Origin: an uncultured Verrucomicrobiae bacterium
Lineage (GTDB): Bacteria; Verrucomicrobiota; Verrucomicrobiia; Limisphaerales; Palsa-1400
Assembly (NCBI GenBank): GCA_963764165.1
Contig: CAVXRD010000002.1
Span: 352,001-416,000, forward strand
Direction: 5' to 3'
DNA length: 64,000 nt
In this document: piece by piece, positions 50,276 through 60,247 of the stretch
Layout of the letters: each line of letters opens with the position of its first letter
How positions within the stretch are numbered: position 1 is the first letter of the stretch
Program-made: the position numbers and the translations under genes
Notes under the pieces: generated by a model
The model's database searches: none
Told to the model about the DNA's origin: nothing
The model's input: the letters and a program-made list of their open reading frames with translations, nothing else

Positions 50276-51253
50276 TTAACCAGCGAGCGCCGCCGCCATT
50301 TGCTCGTGCCCCGACATCAGGAATTCGAGGTAGGAGCAGAGACGCGCCTTCATTTCGCCGCGGGCGACGATGGCGTCAATCAAACCGTGGTCAAGCAGAA
50401 ATTCGGCGGTTTGGAATCCGGGGGGCAGTTCGGATTGCGTCGTGCTTTCGATGACGCGCGGCCCCGCAAAGCCGATCATCGCGCCCGGTTCGGCGAGAAT
50501 TAAATCGCCGACGGCGGCGAAGCTTGCCATGACGCCGGCCATCGTGGGGTTGGTCAGGACGCTGATGTAAGGAAGTTTGGCTTTCGCGTGGTAGGCGAGC
50601 GCGCCGCAAGTCTTGGCCATCTGCATCAAGCTGAACATGCCTTCATACATGCGCGCGCCGCCGCTGGTGGAAATGATGATGACCGGCAAGCCTTTGTCAG
50701 TGGCCGATTCGATCAAGCGCGTCAATCGCTCCCCCACGACCGACCCCATCGAACCACCGAGAAAGCGAAAATCCATCACGCCGAGCGCCACGCGGTATTT
50801 CCCCATCCGGCCAATGCCAGTGCAGACGGCATCCTTGAGGTTCGTGGACTTTTTGTATTGCTCGAGTTTTGCCGTGTAGGACGAGACGCCGGTAAATTTC
50901 AGAATATCGACGCTCTCCATGGAGGCGTCGCTTTCCTCGAACGAGCACGTTTCCACCAAAGTATGGATGCGCTCGCGGGCTCCGATGGGAAAATGATGCT
51001 GGCACTTGGGGCAAACCTTGAGATTGTCGTCCAGCTCCTTGTCATAAATCATGGCGCCGCATTCCTCGCACTTGGTCCAAAGACCTTGGGGAATGTCGCG
51101 TTTGCGCGATGGCGAGGAGCCGATTTTCGGCTTCTTCAGGAAAGTCGTCTGCGACTCCGGTGGCGGGGGCGTGACAGCGGGTTCGACGGTTTCCAGGCCC
51201 AGTGTCTTTTTGGTAAAGGAGGTTGTAGCCATCTTAGAATTTCGTCGTTTCAT
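50276..51253 (-). CDS. accD: acetyl-CoA carboxylase carboxyltransferase beta subunit
   Basis: LWTKCEEC...CPKC zinc finger, GGSMGSVVGE, SGGARM, GFAGPRVI. Confidence 0.97.
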   Translation of the reverse strand: MKRRNSKMATTSFTKKTLGLETVEPAVTPPPPESQTTFLKKPKIGSSPSRKRDIPQGLWTKCEECGAMIYDKELDDNLKVCPKCQHHFPIGARERIHTLVETCSFEESDASMESVDILKFTGVSSYTAKLEQYKKSTNLKDAVCTGIGRMGKYRVALGVMDFRFLGGSMGSVVGERLTRLIESATDKGLPVIIISTSGGARMYEGMFSLMQMAKTCGALAYHAKAKLPYISVLTNPTMAGVMASFAAVGDLILAEPGAMIGFAGPRVIESTTQSELPPGFQTAEFLLDHGLIDAIVARGEMKARLCSYLEFLMSGHEQMAAALAG

Positions 51254-51353
51254 TCAATATGAAACTTAGCGCATTAAACGGCTGCTTGCCAACAGTGTCA
51301 AGTTCCGCGAATCCATGCCGATGTGACGGGAAGCGAGGTAGGGACGCCTCGGC

Positions 51354-51493
51354 GAGATTGTCTCAAAACTACAAAATCCTCAAAGTGTGTCAATACTACG
51401 ACTCTCTCATTTGCGATATGGCGCATTTTTATTTTCGGCGAGGGTGTTTTTGTGGTGCTTTTTAAAGCCATTTTTGAGTTTTGAGACAGTCTC
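51354..51493. mobile_element. 140-bp MITE with IS1182-like ends inserted in a GTAG REP hairpin, 4-bp TSD CGGC
   Basis: GAGATTGTCTCAAAACT / AGTTTTGAGACAGTCTC TIRs. The flanks GGTAGGGACGCCT-CGGC and CGGC-GAGGCGTCC reconstitute the REP seen at 1539-1565 and 9973-9999. Confidence 0.85.
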
Positions 51494-51556
51494 CGGCGAG
51501 GCGTCCTGCCTTTTGCCTCGGTTTCAATCACATCTTCTGCAAGCGATCCGCCTTCC

Positions 51557-52321
51557 TCAAATTCCGCGAACCACCGTCCAAACGCAGACGTCCGCCGCGC
51601 CCGCCTCGCGCAATGCGTGGGCGCAGGCGCTGGTCGTCGCGCCTGTCGTCATGACATCGTCCACCAAAATGACGCGTTTGCCGCCGAGATTTTGGCCTTC
51701 ATTCGGGGAAAAGGCTCCGCTGACGTTTTTGGCCCTCTCCGGACGCGACAACCTTGTTTGCGTCTCAGTGAACAATTCGCGCCGGATTGCGCGGGCATTC
51801 ACCGGCAAATCCACCGAACGGCCAAGACAGCGAGCGAGGCGTTCCGCCTGATTGAATTGGCGCTGGCGCAATTTCACCGGATGCAATGGCACGGGAACAA
51901 TCACATCCCATTCGCCGCGAACCAAAGCCGGCACCGCCTGCCGCGCCAGCAAATCCGCCAGGAACGGCTCGAACCAAAGGGCGTGGGAATATTTGTAGCG
52001 ATGGATCACATCGAGAATCATGGCATTGGCACGAACAGCGGAGCGCGCGAAGCGGAAACCGAGATCGATGCCATCGCAATTCGAGCATTTGAACGAATGC
52101 GTTATATCGCCGTCGTAAGGCAGGCCGCACTGATCGCAAAAAGGCGCGGTCACGAAACGGACGCCATTCCAGCAGTCATCACCGACGTATCCCTGCCCTG
52201 CCCCCGCCCGTTCCTCCCCACAAAGCTGGCAGGCGGGCGGGTAGAAAAAATTCAGCGCGGCGTCCATCACCTGACGAATTCCAGCCGAACTTTTGCCGCC
52301 GATGAGCGCGCGTGATGACAT
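51557..52321 (-). CDS. comF: ComF family phosphoribosyltransferase-domain protein
   Basis: Double Zn ribbon, VPVPLH...RQFNQA, LVDDVMTTGAT. Confidence 0.92.
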   Translation of the reverse strand: MSSRALIGGKSSAGIRQVMDAALNFFYPPACQLCGEERAGAGQGYVGDDCWNGVRFVTAPFCDQCGLPYDGDITHSFKCSNCDGIDLGFRFARSAVRANAMILDVIHRYKYSHALWFEPFLADLLARQAVPALVRGEWDVIVPVPLHPVKLRQRQFNQAERLARCLGRSVDLPVNARAIRRELFTETQTRLSRPERAKNVSGAFSPNEGQNLGGKRVILVDDVMTTGATTSACAHALREAGAADVCVWTVVRGI

Positions 52322-52390
52322 TTAGCGCCTGAGTTTACTCACGGCGCGGTTTTTGGACAAGGAGGCATCCACCTACGTTGCGCAAAGGCG

Positions 52391-52708
52391 TCAAATAAAT
52401 TTGTTTACTATAAGGACGATCGCAAATGCAACGAGGATTAACAGTGAAACAAAAAGAAATTTCCAAGGCGGAAGTTTGTTTGGAGGCGGATCGTGCAACT
52501 CCGCGGTTTTGTTATCGGGGGTCAGCGCTTCAAAAACGCGCCTGCCAAAGGAGTTGCGGAGACCGTGGCCAGCACCAAATCCGCCGCCCGCGTCCTCGAA
52601 TCCTCTCAAGGCTTCACCAAATCCCTTTGCAAACGGAGGTATTCCGCGGCACCCCCAAAGCACGAGAGCGGCGCCCACGATTACAATTATTTCAGTCCCG
52701 CCGATCAT
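52391..52708 (-). CDS. divergent TatA/E-like protein with an extra C-terminal TM helix
   Basis: MIGGTEIIVIVGAALVLWG...IPPFAKGFGEALRGF pattern. Confidence 0.6.
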   Translation of the reverse strand: MIGGTEIIVIVGAALVLWGCRGIPPFAKGFGEALRGFEDAGGGFGAGHGLRNSFGRRVFEALTPDNKTAELHDPPPNKLPPWKFLFVSLLILVAFAIVLIVNKFI

Positions 52709-52763
52709 TTGAACTGATCGTTATCATGTCCCAATCACCCAAACCATTCAACAGCTTTTACCC

Positions 52764-53534
52764 ATGAGCTTCGCCATCATGCAGAACGGCGCCAAGCCGC
52801 CGACCGGAGATCAACTCCAAAACGTTTTCGCGCAAGTTCCCGGACTGACTTCGGTGGACGCCACACTCATGGCGAAAGATGCCCACGGCGTCTTGATGAA
52901 GGGCTTGGATGCCGAGACCGCCGGGCTCATGCGCAAAGCTTTTGCCGATGAAGGCGTTGAAACAGAAGTGGTGGATGAATCAGTGCTCATGGAGCTTCCC
53001 ACGCCCATCCAGTTAACCCGGGCCGGTTTCATGGAGCGCGGACTTAGCATTGATAATATGGCGGGGCGAATTTTGGAATTGGCATGGAATGATGTTTTCC
53101 TGGTCGCAGCCGGCCGGGTGCGCCTGGCGGAATTCAAGGAGCACATCCGGGAGCAAACTTCAGGTTTGGCCAACGATGATTACACTCCAGCACTCCAACT
53201 TGAGGCCGAAACCACGGAGGAGCAGCGTGATCACTGGCTGCTGGAAGTGATTACCACCAATGCGTCGGCGCGCTACCACATTGTTGCCGACAAGCCGGAA
53301 TCGATGCTTTTCTTCCAGTGCCTCGGAGATCGCCGCGTCAAGGAACCGCAGGGAAACCTGGAGCTGTTTCTGGCGGATCTGGCCACGCGGGCTCCGCGCG
53401 CCGTTTTGAATCACGGCGCGTTTTGCCTTCGCGGCGGCGCCTCGCGCGATTTTTTCTATCCCACCCAGACGGCATTTTACCGGGAAATTACATGGTTGTT
53501 GTGGGTGGCGTCATCCGGACGCCTTGAGGTGTAA
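52764..53534 (+). CDS. hypothetical protein
   Basis: 256-aa ORF with typical composition and no recognised motif. Confidence 0.75.
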   Translation: MSFAIMQNGAKPPTGDQLQNVFAQVPGLTSVDATLMAKDAHGVLMKGLDAETAGLMRKAFADEGVETEVVDESVLMELPTPIQLTRAGFMERGLSIDNMAGRILELAWNDVFLVAAGRVRLAEFKEHIREQTSGLANDDYTPALQLEAETTEEQRDHWLLEVITTNASARYHIVADKPESMLFFQCLGDRRVKEPQGNLELFLADLATRAPRAVLNHGAFCLRGGASRDFFYPTQTAFYREITWLLWVASSGRLEV

Positions 53535-53589
53535 ATAAAATTGCGCCGGGGCGGCCGTTGCGGAAATGGGGCGATGAGCTACATTTCAA

Positions 53590-54147
53590 GTGGTTTCAAA
53601 CAACACGATGGGTAAAAAAAGCTCAAAGAATGGAAGTGGCATGAAAGTTTTTGCTGGAATTGTCATAGGAATATTGTTGGGAGCGCTCGGCTATTATTTT
53701 GTCCAGCAGCAGGCGAGAGAGCATCCAGAGACGCAGAAACGTTTCGAGGATTCAGCGCATCAGGCAGGCGCCGCCGCCAGCGACGCGGCGCACCATCTTT
53801 CCGACGCCCTCAAGGCAAAGATGGACACGCTTGGCTTGCACAGCGATCAGATCAAGGATGAGATGGCGCGCTCGGGAAAAGTTGTCCGCAGCAAAACCAA
53901 GGAAATTGCGGGCAAAGTGGCCGACGCCACGGCCGACGCGCGCATCGTGACGGCGATCAAGGCGAAATACGCGTCCGACCCGGATGTGTCGGTCTGGTCC
54001 ATTTCTGTTTCGTGCAGTGACGGGCATGTCTCACTTTCCGGAACCGTTCCCACTGCGGACGGCATTGGAAAAGCAGTCGCGCTCGCGTTGGAAGTGGACG
54101 GTGTTCAGGACGTCAGTTCGACGGTGCAGATAAAGCCGAAGACGTAA
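53590..54147 (+). CDS. BON domain protein with N-terminal TM anchor
   Basis: DARIVTAIKAK...ISVSCSDGHVSLSGTV...VDGVQDV. Start may be ATG 53608. Confidence 0.85.
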   Translation: MVSNNTMGKKSSKNGSGMKVFAGIVIGILLGALGYYFVQQQAREHPETQKRFEDSAHQAGAAASDAAHHLSDALKAKMDTLGLHSDQIKDEMARSGKVVRSKTKEIAGKVADATADARIVTAIKAKYASDPDVSVWSISVSCSDGHVSLSGTVPTADGIGKAVALALEVDGVQDVSSTVQIKPKT

Positions 54148-54158
54148 TTGCGCGACTG

Positions 54159-54527
54159 ATGAAGGTGGTAGTTGCAATTTTTGCCGTCGCGCTTGGATTC
54201 CTCGCAATGATCGCCGGTGGGATTATGAGTACCATTGTTTGCGGACTCGGGATTTGCAGCACAGACCCAAGCTTGGGAAACTCGACTGTCTTTGCGTTTA
54301 TGTCGGGGATCATCACTCTTCTTGGAGTTGCAATGGGCAGCCTGATCGAAATGGGAAACACGCGCGCATCTCGAATTTGGTTGCCGATGCTATTTTGTTT
54401 GCCCATCTGCCTCATGGCAATTTTGATGGCCTGTTCAGGCGAAGGGGCGCGATGCGCCGCTTTGCTAGTCTGTATTGCAGCCTCTTCCGCGGTGGTTGGG
54501 ATCGTTGAAAGAGTTCGCCCTACCTGA
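54159..54527 (+). CDS. hypothetical 4-TM membrane protein
   Basis: Four hydrophobic segments, co-oriented with the BON gene. Confidence 0.6.
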   Translation: MKVVVAIFAVALGFLAMIAGGIMSTIVCGLGICSTDPSLGNSTVFAFMSGIITLLGVAMGSLIEMGNTRASRIWLPMLFCLPICLMAILMACSGEGARCAALLVCIAASSAVVGIVERVRPT

Positions 54528-54609
54528 GCACAAAAGCACGCGCCCCAGCAGCGGCCGCCATTAGCCAATCAAACACCACGCGGCAGTCGACGGTGTGAAT
54601 CCGCGCCGA

Positions 54610-57600
54610 TTATGGATAAATCAGGCGGAAGAACACTGCTTCGTCTGCAAGGCTGATTGGGATGATTTCCAAATTGGTCGCAGAGGAACCGGGAATCACC
54701 ACCCAATTTGTGCCCAGTGCATTCGTCTGGGCCTCGAGTCGAAAACCGGCGTGATCCGCAGGCCAGCTCAAGGTCACGCTGTTGGCGGAACGGAACACCG
54801 TCACATTGGTCGCGCCGGTGTTGGGAACCACAGTGACGGTGATCGTATTGGTTGAACTCAAGTGTGGATTGACCAGATCATAGGGATTGCTGTTCGACAC
54901 AACCGTCGTGATGGTGTTGGTGGTGAGTGATTGGTTTTGGGCGGGGGTCCAGGTTATGACGCCATTGCTGTTGATGGAAGCGCCAGCCGGCGGGGCCAGC
55001 AGCAGATAGCCAGCAGTGACGGAATGAATATTCGGCTCGGTCGCGCCATTGGTGATGGTGGATGGATGCTGCACGATAATCGATTTGACAGAGGATGACG
55101 GCAAGACAGGCGCAATATTCACCTCCACGACGATGACGGAAAAGGCATTGGTGGCGCTTAATGCCGGTGTGCCGTTATCCATCACGCCCACCATCACCAA
55201 ATTCGTGGATGGACTATTGGTCTGTTGAGGCGTCCAAGTAAGAATCCCGGTGGTGGGATTGACGACCATTCCGTTCGGGCCTGCGACGAGGCTATAGGTA
55301 AGAGATTGCGGCGGCGATTCCCGATCCGTCGCGGTGTTGGACTCCGTTAAGGTGGCCAGTTCATCGACTGTGTGCCAGTTGGTGCTGGAAGTGACAAAGA
55401 TTGGCCGGGTATTCAACACGGTGAGCACAAAATAACCGGGATCATAATTGGTGCTCCAGGCGTCGGCAAAAGGCAGCGCGGCGCTGGCAAAAGCCCCTGT
55501 GAAAGAGCCATAATAAAGATTGGTGAACGAGTCGCCGATGGCGGGCTGGAATCCATCGTTCAAATTGGCGCTGATGGCGCCTGTCAAAGATACGGCGCCG
55601 GCAAGCGTGACGGTGCCGTAATTGGTCAAACCATTGACGCCAAAATTTATGGTCCCATTCGTCAGGTCAACCGCGCCTTGCAAGCTGATGTCGCCGGATT
55701 CGGAGTCCAGGATGCCCGAATTGTTGAACACGACATTGGCATCAAGAGTAGTCAAGCCACTGTTGCCTGACTTGAGGAAGGTCCCGACGTTGTCAAACAG
55801 AGTTGTGCCGCCGTCGTAGCCGCCCGTGAAACTGTCGTCACCTTCCGCGTTCCAAAAGCCGTGATTGTAAATTTGCGCGTTGCTGGGGCCGTAACTGTAG
55901 ATGCCGGCATTGGTCCAGTGGACGGCGCCATTGTTGGTTAGAATCAGGCCGGTGAAACCAACGTTGCCCCCGCCTGCTATGCTCAGAACGCCATTAGTGG
56001 CAATCGTCAAAACACCTGACAGCGCGCCGCCCACCCAATTCAGCGTCCCCACAATTGTCCCGCCAAACGTCGCGCCACTCGTCAAGTAGCTGCCGAGACC
56101 AAAAAAGGTATTGGTATTGGCAAAGGAATAGCTGGAGAATTGAATGGTTCCGCTGCCGGAAGTTGCCAGGTCGCCGCCACTGCTTGTGCCCGTGCCGCCA
56201 ATGAGCAGCGTTCCGCTCTGAACATTGAAGAGGCCGGCATTGTTAAACTCGACATTATCATCGAGAGTGGTGGCGCCAGTGTTGCCGGACTTGAGAAACG
56301 TTCCGAAGTTATCGAAGAGAGTAAAGCCGCCGTCGTAGCCGCCGGTGAAGCTGTCGTCGCCCTGCGCATTCCAAACGCCGTAATTGTAAATCTGCGCGTT
56401 GCCCGGGGCATAACTGTAAATGCTGGCATTGGTCCAGTCGACCGTGCCCAAGTTAGTCAAGACGAGGCCGGCAAAGCCAACATTGCCGCCGCCCACAATA
56501 TTCAAAACGCTGTTGCTGGCCACTGTCATATTGCCAGTTATATAGCCGCCGCTCCAGGCCAGCGTTCCGATCAGCACATTTGTTCCGCTGAGCGTGCCGC
56601 TGACAAGTTGGAGATGTGGGGCTGTCAGCACGCCATCGATCGTCGTGTCTCCTGTCATTTCCACCGCGCCGCTGCCGCTGAGATCGGCGCTGTTGGCGAT
56701 GGTCATGCCGTCCAAAGCGAGCACTGCGCCGCTAACAGTGCTAAAGGATCCACTTCCGCTATTCACGCCTTCGCCCAGAGCCAGTGTGCCGCTTTCGACT
56801 GTGACGAGGCCGGTGTTGTTGAACACCACATTGGCATCAAGAGCAGTCAAGCCGCTGTGGCCCGACTTGAGGAAGGATCCAAAATTATCAAAGAGTGTTG
56901 TGCCGCCGTCGTAGCCCCCCGTGAAAGTGTTGTCGCTTTCGGCATTCCAAACTCCGTGGTTGTAAATCTGCGCGTTGCTGGGGCCATAACTGTAAATGCC
57001 GGCATTGGTCCAGTTGACGGCACCATTGTTAGTGAGAACAAGCCCGGCAAAACCAACATTGCCCCCGCCTTCGATGTTTAGGATGCCATCAGCGGCAACC
57101 GTCAAAACACCTGTCAGCGCCCCACCAACCGAATTCAACGTTCCCACTATCGTCCCGCCAAAGGTCGCGCCGCTCGTCAAGGCACTGCCGATGCCGGTAA
57201 AAATTGTTTTATTAACAAAGGTATAGTTTGGGGTGGTAAAATTGACGAACGCGCCGGCCCCCGTGGCAAAGGCGCCGCCGTTGTTGGCGCCGGCGGCGAT
57301 ATCCAAAGTCCCGCTTTGGATATCAACTGTCCCGATGTTGTCGAAGACAACATTCGCATCAAGCGTGGTGACACCCAAGGCGCCCGATTTACTGAAAGTC
57401 CCGATGTTCTCGAAGAGGGTTGTCCCGCCGTCGTAGCCGCCCGTAAAGCTGTCATCCCCCTGCTCATTCCACGAGCCGATGTTGTAAATCTGCGCGTTGC
57501 TCGGGCCGTAGGAGTAAATTCCAACATTGGTCCAATTGACCGTGCCTAGGTTGGTTAAAAGGAGGCCGGCAAAGCCAACAATGCCTCCACCCGAAATGCT

Positions 57601-58128
57601 CAAGATGCTTTGTTCGCCCACAGTCAAACTGCCGGACATGTCTCCCCCGCTCCACACCATGGGGCCTGAGCCAGTGGAGTCCCCCGCCAATTCATTGGTT
57701 CCGGCAAGGCCGCCGCCATCCAGATTGAATATGCCGTGGGAGTTGACCAGAATCAAACCGTTGACGGTTAGAGTCTGGCCGCTGGTGTAAAAGCTTTGCA
57801 TGTATGGTCCGTATTGCGCACCCACCACCAGGCCCGCCACCGTTGCATCCACGTCCAGGTAAACATTATACTCCCCAATGTTGGTGATGACCGCTGTGTC
57901 ATGCTGGCCTGGAACCACGCCCGAACTCCAATTGCTGCCCCCGCTCCAGTTGCCGCCAATGGGATTGATCCAGATGATTGAGTTTGCGCGGCTCTGAATA
58001 CCGACGAATGCCAGCAGAACTGCGATGGAGAGCCTGAGATCGATGTATTTAATAAGTTGGTTAGAGTAGGTGTCATCGAGGATTCGGAGCCATACGGTGT
58101 TCTTCCTAAGGTTATCCCTCGCAGCCAT
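54610..58128 (-). CDS. large secreted repeat surface protein (adhesin-like) with He_PIG/cadherin-like domains and C-terminal ...FFRL module
   Basis: Signal-like LSIAVLLAFVGIQSRA, four long repeats (WTNAGIYSYGPSNAQIYN...FTGGYDGGTTLFDN), LTYSL...TGILTWTP, tail VTLSWP...VFFRLIYP. Confidence 0.85.
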   Translation of the reverse strand: MAARDNLRKNTVWLRILDDTYSNQLIKYIDLRLSIAVLLAFVGIQSRANSIIWINPIGGNWSGGSNWSSGVVPGQHDTAVITNIGEYNVYLDVDATVAGLVVGAQYGPYMQSFYTSGQTLTVNGLILVNSHGIFNLDGGGLAGTNELAGDSTGSGPMVWSGGDMSGSLTVGEQSILSISGGGIVGFAGLLLTNLGTVNWTNVGIYSYGPSNAQIYNIGSWNEQGDDSFTGGYDGGTTLFENIGTFSKSGALGVTTLDANVVFDNIGTVDIQSGTLDIAAGANNGGAFATGAGAFVNFTTPNYTFVNKTIFTGIGSALTSGATFGGTIVGTLNSVGGALTGVLTVAADGILNIEGGGNVGFAGLVLTNNGAVNWTNAGIYSYGPSNAQIYNHGVWNAESDNTFTGGYDGGTTLFDNFGSFLKSGHSGLTALDANVVFNNTGLVTVESGTLALGEGVNSGSGSFSTVSGAVLALDGMTIANSADLSGSGAVEMTGDTTIDGVLTAPHLQLVSGTLSGTNVLIGTLAWSGGYITGNMTVASNSVLNIVGGGNVGFAGLVLTNLGTVDWTNASIYSYAPGNAQIYNYGVWNAQGDDSFTGGYDGGFTLFDNFGTFLKSGNTGATTLDDNVEFNNAGLFNVQSGTLLIGGTGTSSGGDLATSGSGTIQFSSYSFANTNTFFGLGSYLTSGATFGGTIVGTLNWVGGALSGVLTIATNGVLSIAGGGNVGFTGLILTNNGAVHWTNAGIYSYGPSNAQIYNHGFWNAEGDDSFTGGYDGGTTLFDNVGTFLKSGNSGLTTLDANVVFNNSGILDSESGDISLQGAVDLTNGTINFGVNGLTNYGTVTLAGAVSLTGAISANLNDGFQPAIGDSFTNLYYGSFTGAFASAALPFADAWSTNYDPGYFVLTVLNTRPIFVTSSTNWHTVDELATLTESNTATDRESPPQSLTYSLVAGPNGMVVNPTTGILTWTPQQTNSPSTNLVMVGVMDNGTPALSATNAFSVIVVEVNIAPVLPSSSVKSIIVQHPSTITNGATEPNIHSVTAGYLLLAPPAGASINSNGVITWTPAQNQSLTTNTITTVVSNSNPYDLVNPHLSSTNTITVTVVPNTGATNVTVFRSANSVTLSWPADHAGFRLEAQTNALGTNWVVIPGSSATNLEIIPISLADEAVFFRLIYP

Positions 58129-58164
58129 CCCCTCGTCCTGATCAGTCCATTAGAACGTTGCCTA

Positions 58165-59265
58165 TTGATCTCTGTATAATATAGTGACAATATCACCAAA
58201 GCTCGGCTTGCTTCCAGAAGGCAGTGACCAATTTGGGTCTGCGCCGCATCCGGCTCAGGGCCTTGCGCCCGCAATGACTCAACTTCGCCAGGTCGGCCGC
58301 GCAAAGATTGGGCAACTCGTGCTGCTTGAAGTAACCCCAGACATACTCGGTGGGATTGAGTTCGGGCGCATAGGCAGGCAGTCGTTCCACCCAGATTTTG
58401 CCTTTCAGTTGATCCACATAGTCCCGCACCAGCCGGCTGCGGTGGATGGGACCACCGTCCCAAATGACCAGAAGCTTGCCCGGGATGTGGCGTTGCAGAT
58501 GTTTCAAGAATTCGATCACCTGCGGGCCTTTGATGGTGCCGGGGTAAAGCCGGAAGTAAAAGTTCCAGACCGTCACCCCGGCGATGATCGAAAGCTTTTT
58601 CCAGTTGAAGTCGAACTGCAATACCGGGGTCTGGCCGCGCGGCGCCCAAGTGCGAACCCGGTGCGGCTTCTGGCTCAATCCGCTCTCGTCGATGAAAACC
58701 ACGATTCGCCTCTCGCGGAGGGCTTTTTTTTAAGCTGCGGCCAGCGCACTTTGCGCCAGCGGGTGATCTCCCGCTCATGGCGCTGCCGAGCCTGGGTGGT
58801 GGGCCGCTGGCAGCTCCAACCCAGCTTTTGCAGAAGCCGGCAAACATGGTCCTCGTGGTATTGGACGCCCGTCAACCGTTGGATAACGGCGGCCACCCGC
58901 CGGGTGGTCCAAAGCTGGGTGCCAAAGTCATGGGCTTCGGGTCCCTGTTTGAGGGCCCGTTCCAACTGGCGGAAGTTCTCGTCGGTCAGGCGGGGCTTGC
59001 GCCCGGCTCGCCCAGCCTTTTTGAGAGAGGGCGCGCCATGGTCCTGCCAAGCCTTATGCCAGCGGCTGACCGATTGCCGGTGGACGCCAACTTGGCGGGC
59101 GACCTCGGCCTGGCTCAAGCCTCGGTCGAAAAGTTTGACGGCTTTCATGCGCCGCCGTTCCAGTTGTGCAAACTGCGCCAAATCGCGTTTTACGCCTTTA
59201 GGATTTCCCATACCCAAAAATTAGCATAAAAACAATAATGTGTCACTATATTATGCAGAGATCAA
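58165..59265 (-). mobile_element. IS630 family insertion sequence (1101 bp)
   Basis: TIRs TTGATCTCTGTATAATATAGTGACA / TGTCACTATATTATGCAGAGATCAA, TA duplication at 58163-64 and 59266-67. Confidence 0.95.
58193..59217 (-). CDS. IS630 transposase, orfA (HTH) + orfB (DDE) joined by a -1 frameshift
   Basis: orfA 58675-59217, orfB FIDES...WDGG..H...LPAYAPELNPTE. A8G slippery run at 58723-58731. Confidence 0.93.
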
Positions 59266-59272
59266 TAAATGG

Positions 59273-60247
59273 TTACTGAAGAACAAAAGCGACCGCTCCC
59301 GCCGCGGCGGCAATCAGCCAAATAAGCGCCACGGCTGTCGGCTGCCTGAAGCCCCGCCGAACCAGCCGGTGGGATAAATGATTTGTGTCGCCCACATAAA
59401 CCGGCTTTCCCATTCTCCACCGCAAAATCACCACCCAAACCAAGTCCCCGAGCGGCACCGCCAGCACCAGCAGCGGCGTGAGGACGGCGAGGGGCACAGG
59501 ATGTTTTCGCGAGTAGAAATGAGGCAAAATCGCCAGCACCGCGAGCAGATAGCCGGTCAAATGGCTGCCTGCGTCTCCCAGGAACGACGTGGCTTTTGGA
59601 TAGTTATACGGCAAAAAGCCCACCAGCGCGCCCGCTGAAATAAATGCCATCGTGGCCACCAGATACTGCCCCTCCATGGCGGCGATCAAACCAAACCACC
59701 CGGCGCCAATCACGCCGAGTCCCGCGCACAAACCATTCATGTTATCCATGAAATTCACTGAGTTGACCACCGTCAAAATCCAAAGCGCCGTCACCGCGTA
59801 GCTGAAAACGAGGCTTGGCACGAAGAGCGTTATGCGCACGCCCGCCGAGGCGACCATGAGCGCGACGATGAGTTGACCGCCAAATTTCAACGCGGGCGAC
59901 AATTCCATTTTGTCATCCAGCAAACCGATGATGAGCATGCCCAACGCTCCGGCCACCAGCAGAACCAGCCTGGTCGAACGCACGCTGAAACCGTGTTGAA
60001 ACAAACCTGCTGCGTTGGAGTGCGGCAGCGCCATTGAAATCAACGCCCCGGCGATTAGAGGGAGAACCATGCCCGTCATCACTGCCATTCCGCCTGCGAG
60101 GGCTATTGGAGTGGAGTGGATTTTCCTGTGGCCGGGGTCGTCCATGACGCCGGTTTTTTGGCACCAGCGTTTCCAAAAAGGCATGGAAGCCGCGGTAGTC
60201 ATCGCGGCAGCCAGGCAGGCGGCGGGATAGATGAGAGCGACGTTCAC
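59273..60247 (-). CDS. MraY/WecA-family polyprenyl-phosphate sugar-1-phosphate transferase
   Basis: RKIHSTP..LAGG, GLLDD, NSVNFMDNMNGL, FLGDAGS, D.NHLSHRL. Confidence 0.92.
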   Translation of the reverse strand: MNVALIYPAACLAAAMTTAASMPFWKRWCQKTGVMDDPGHRKIHSTPIALAGGMAVMTGMVLPLIAGALISMALPHSNAAGLFQHGFSVRSTRLVLLVAGALGMLIIGLLDDKMELSPALKFGGQLIVALMVASAGVRITLFVPSLVFSYAVTALWILTVVNSVNFMDNMNGLCAGLGVIGAGWFGLIAAMEGQYLVATMAFISAGALVGFLPYNYPKATSFLGDAGSHLTGYLLAVLAILPHFYSRKHPVPLAVLTPLLVLAVPLGDLVWVVILRWRMGKPVYVGDTNHLSHRLVRRGFRQPTAVALIWLIAAAAGAVAFVLQ

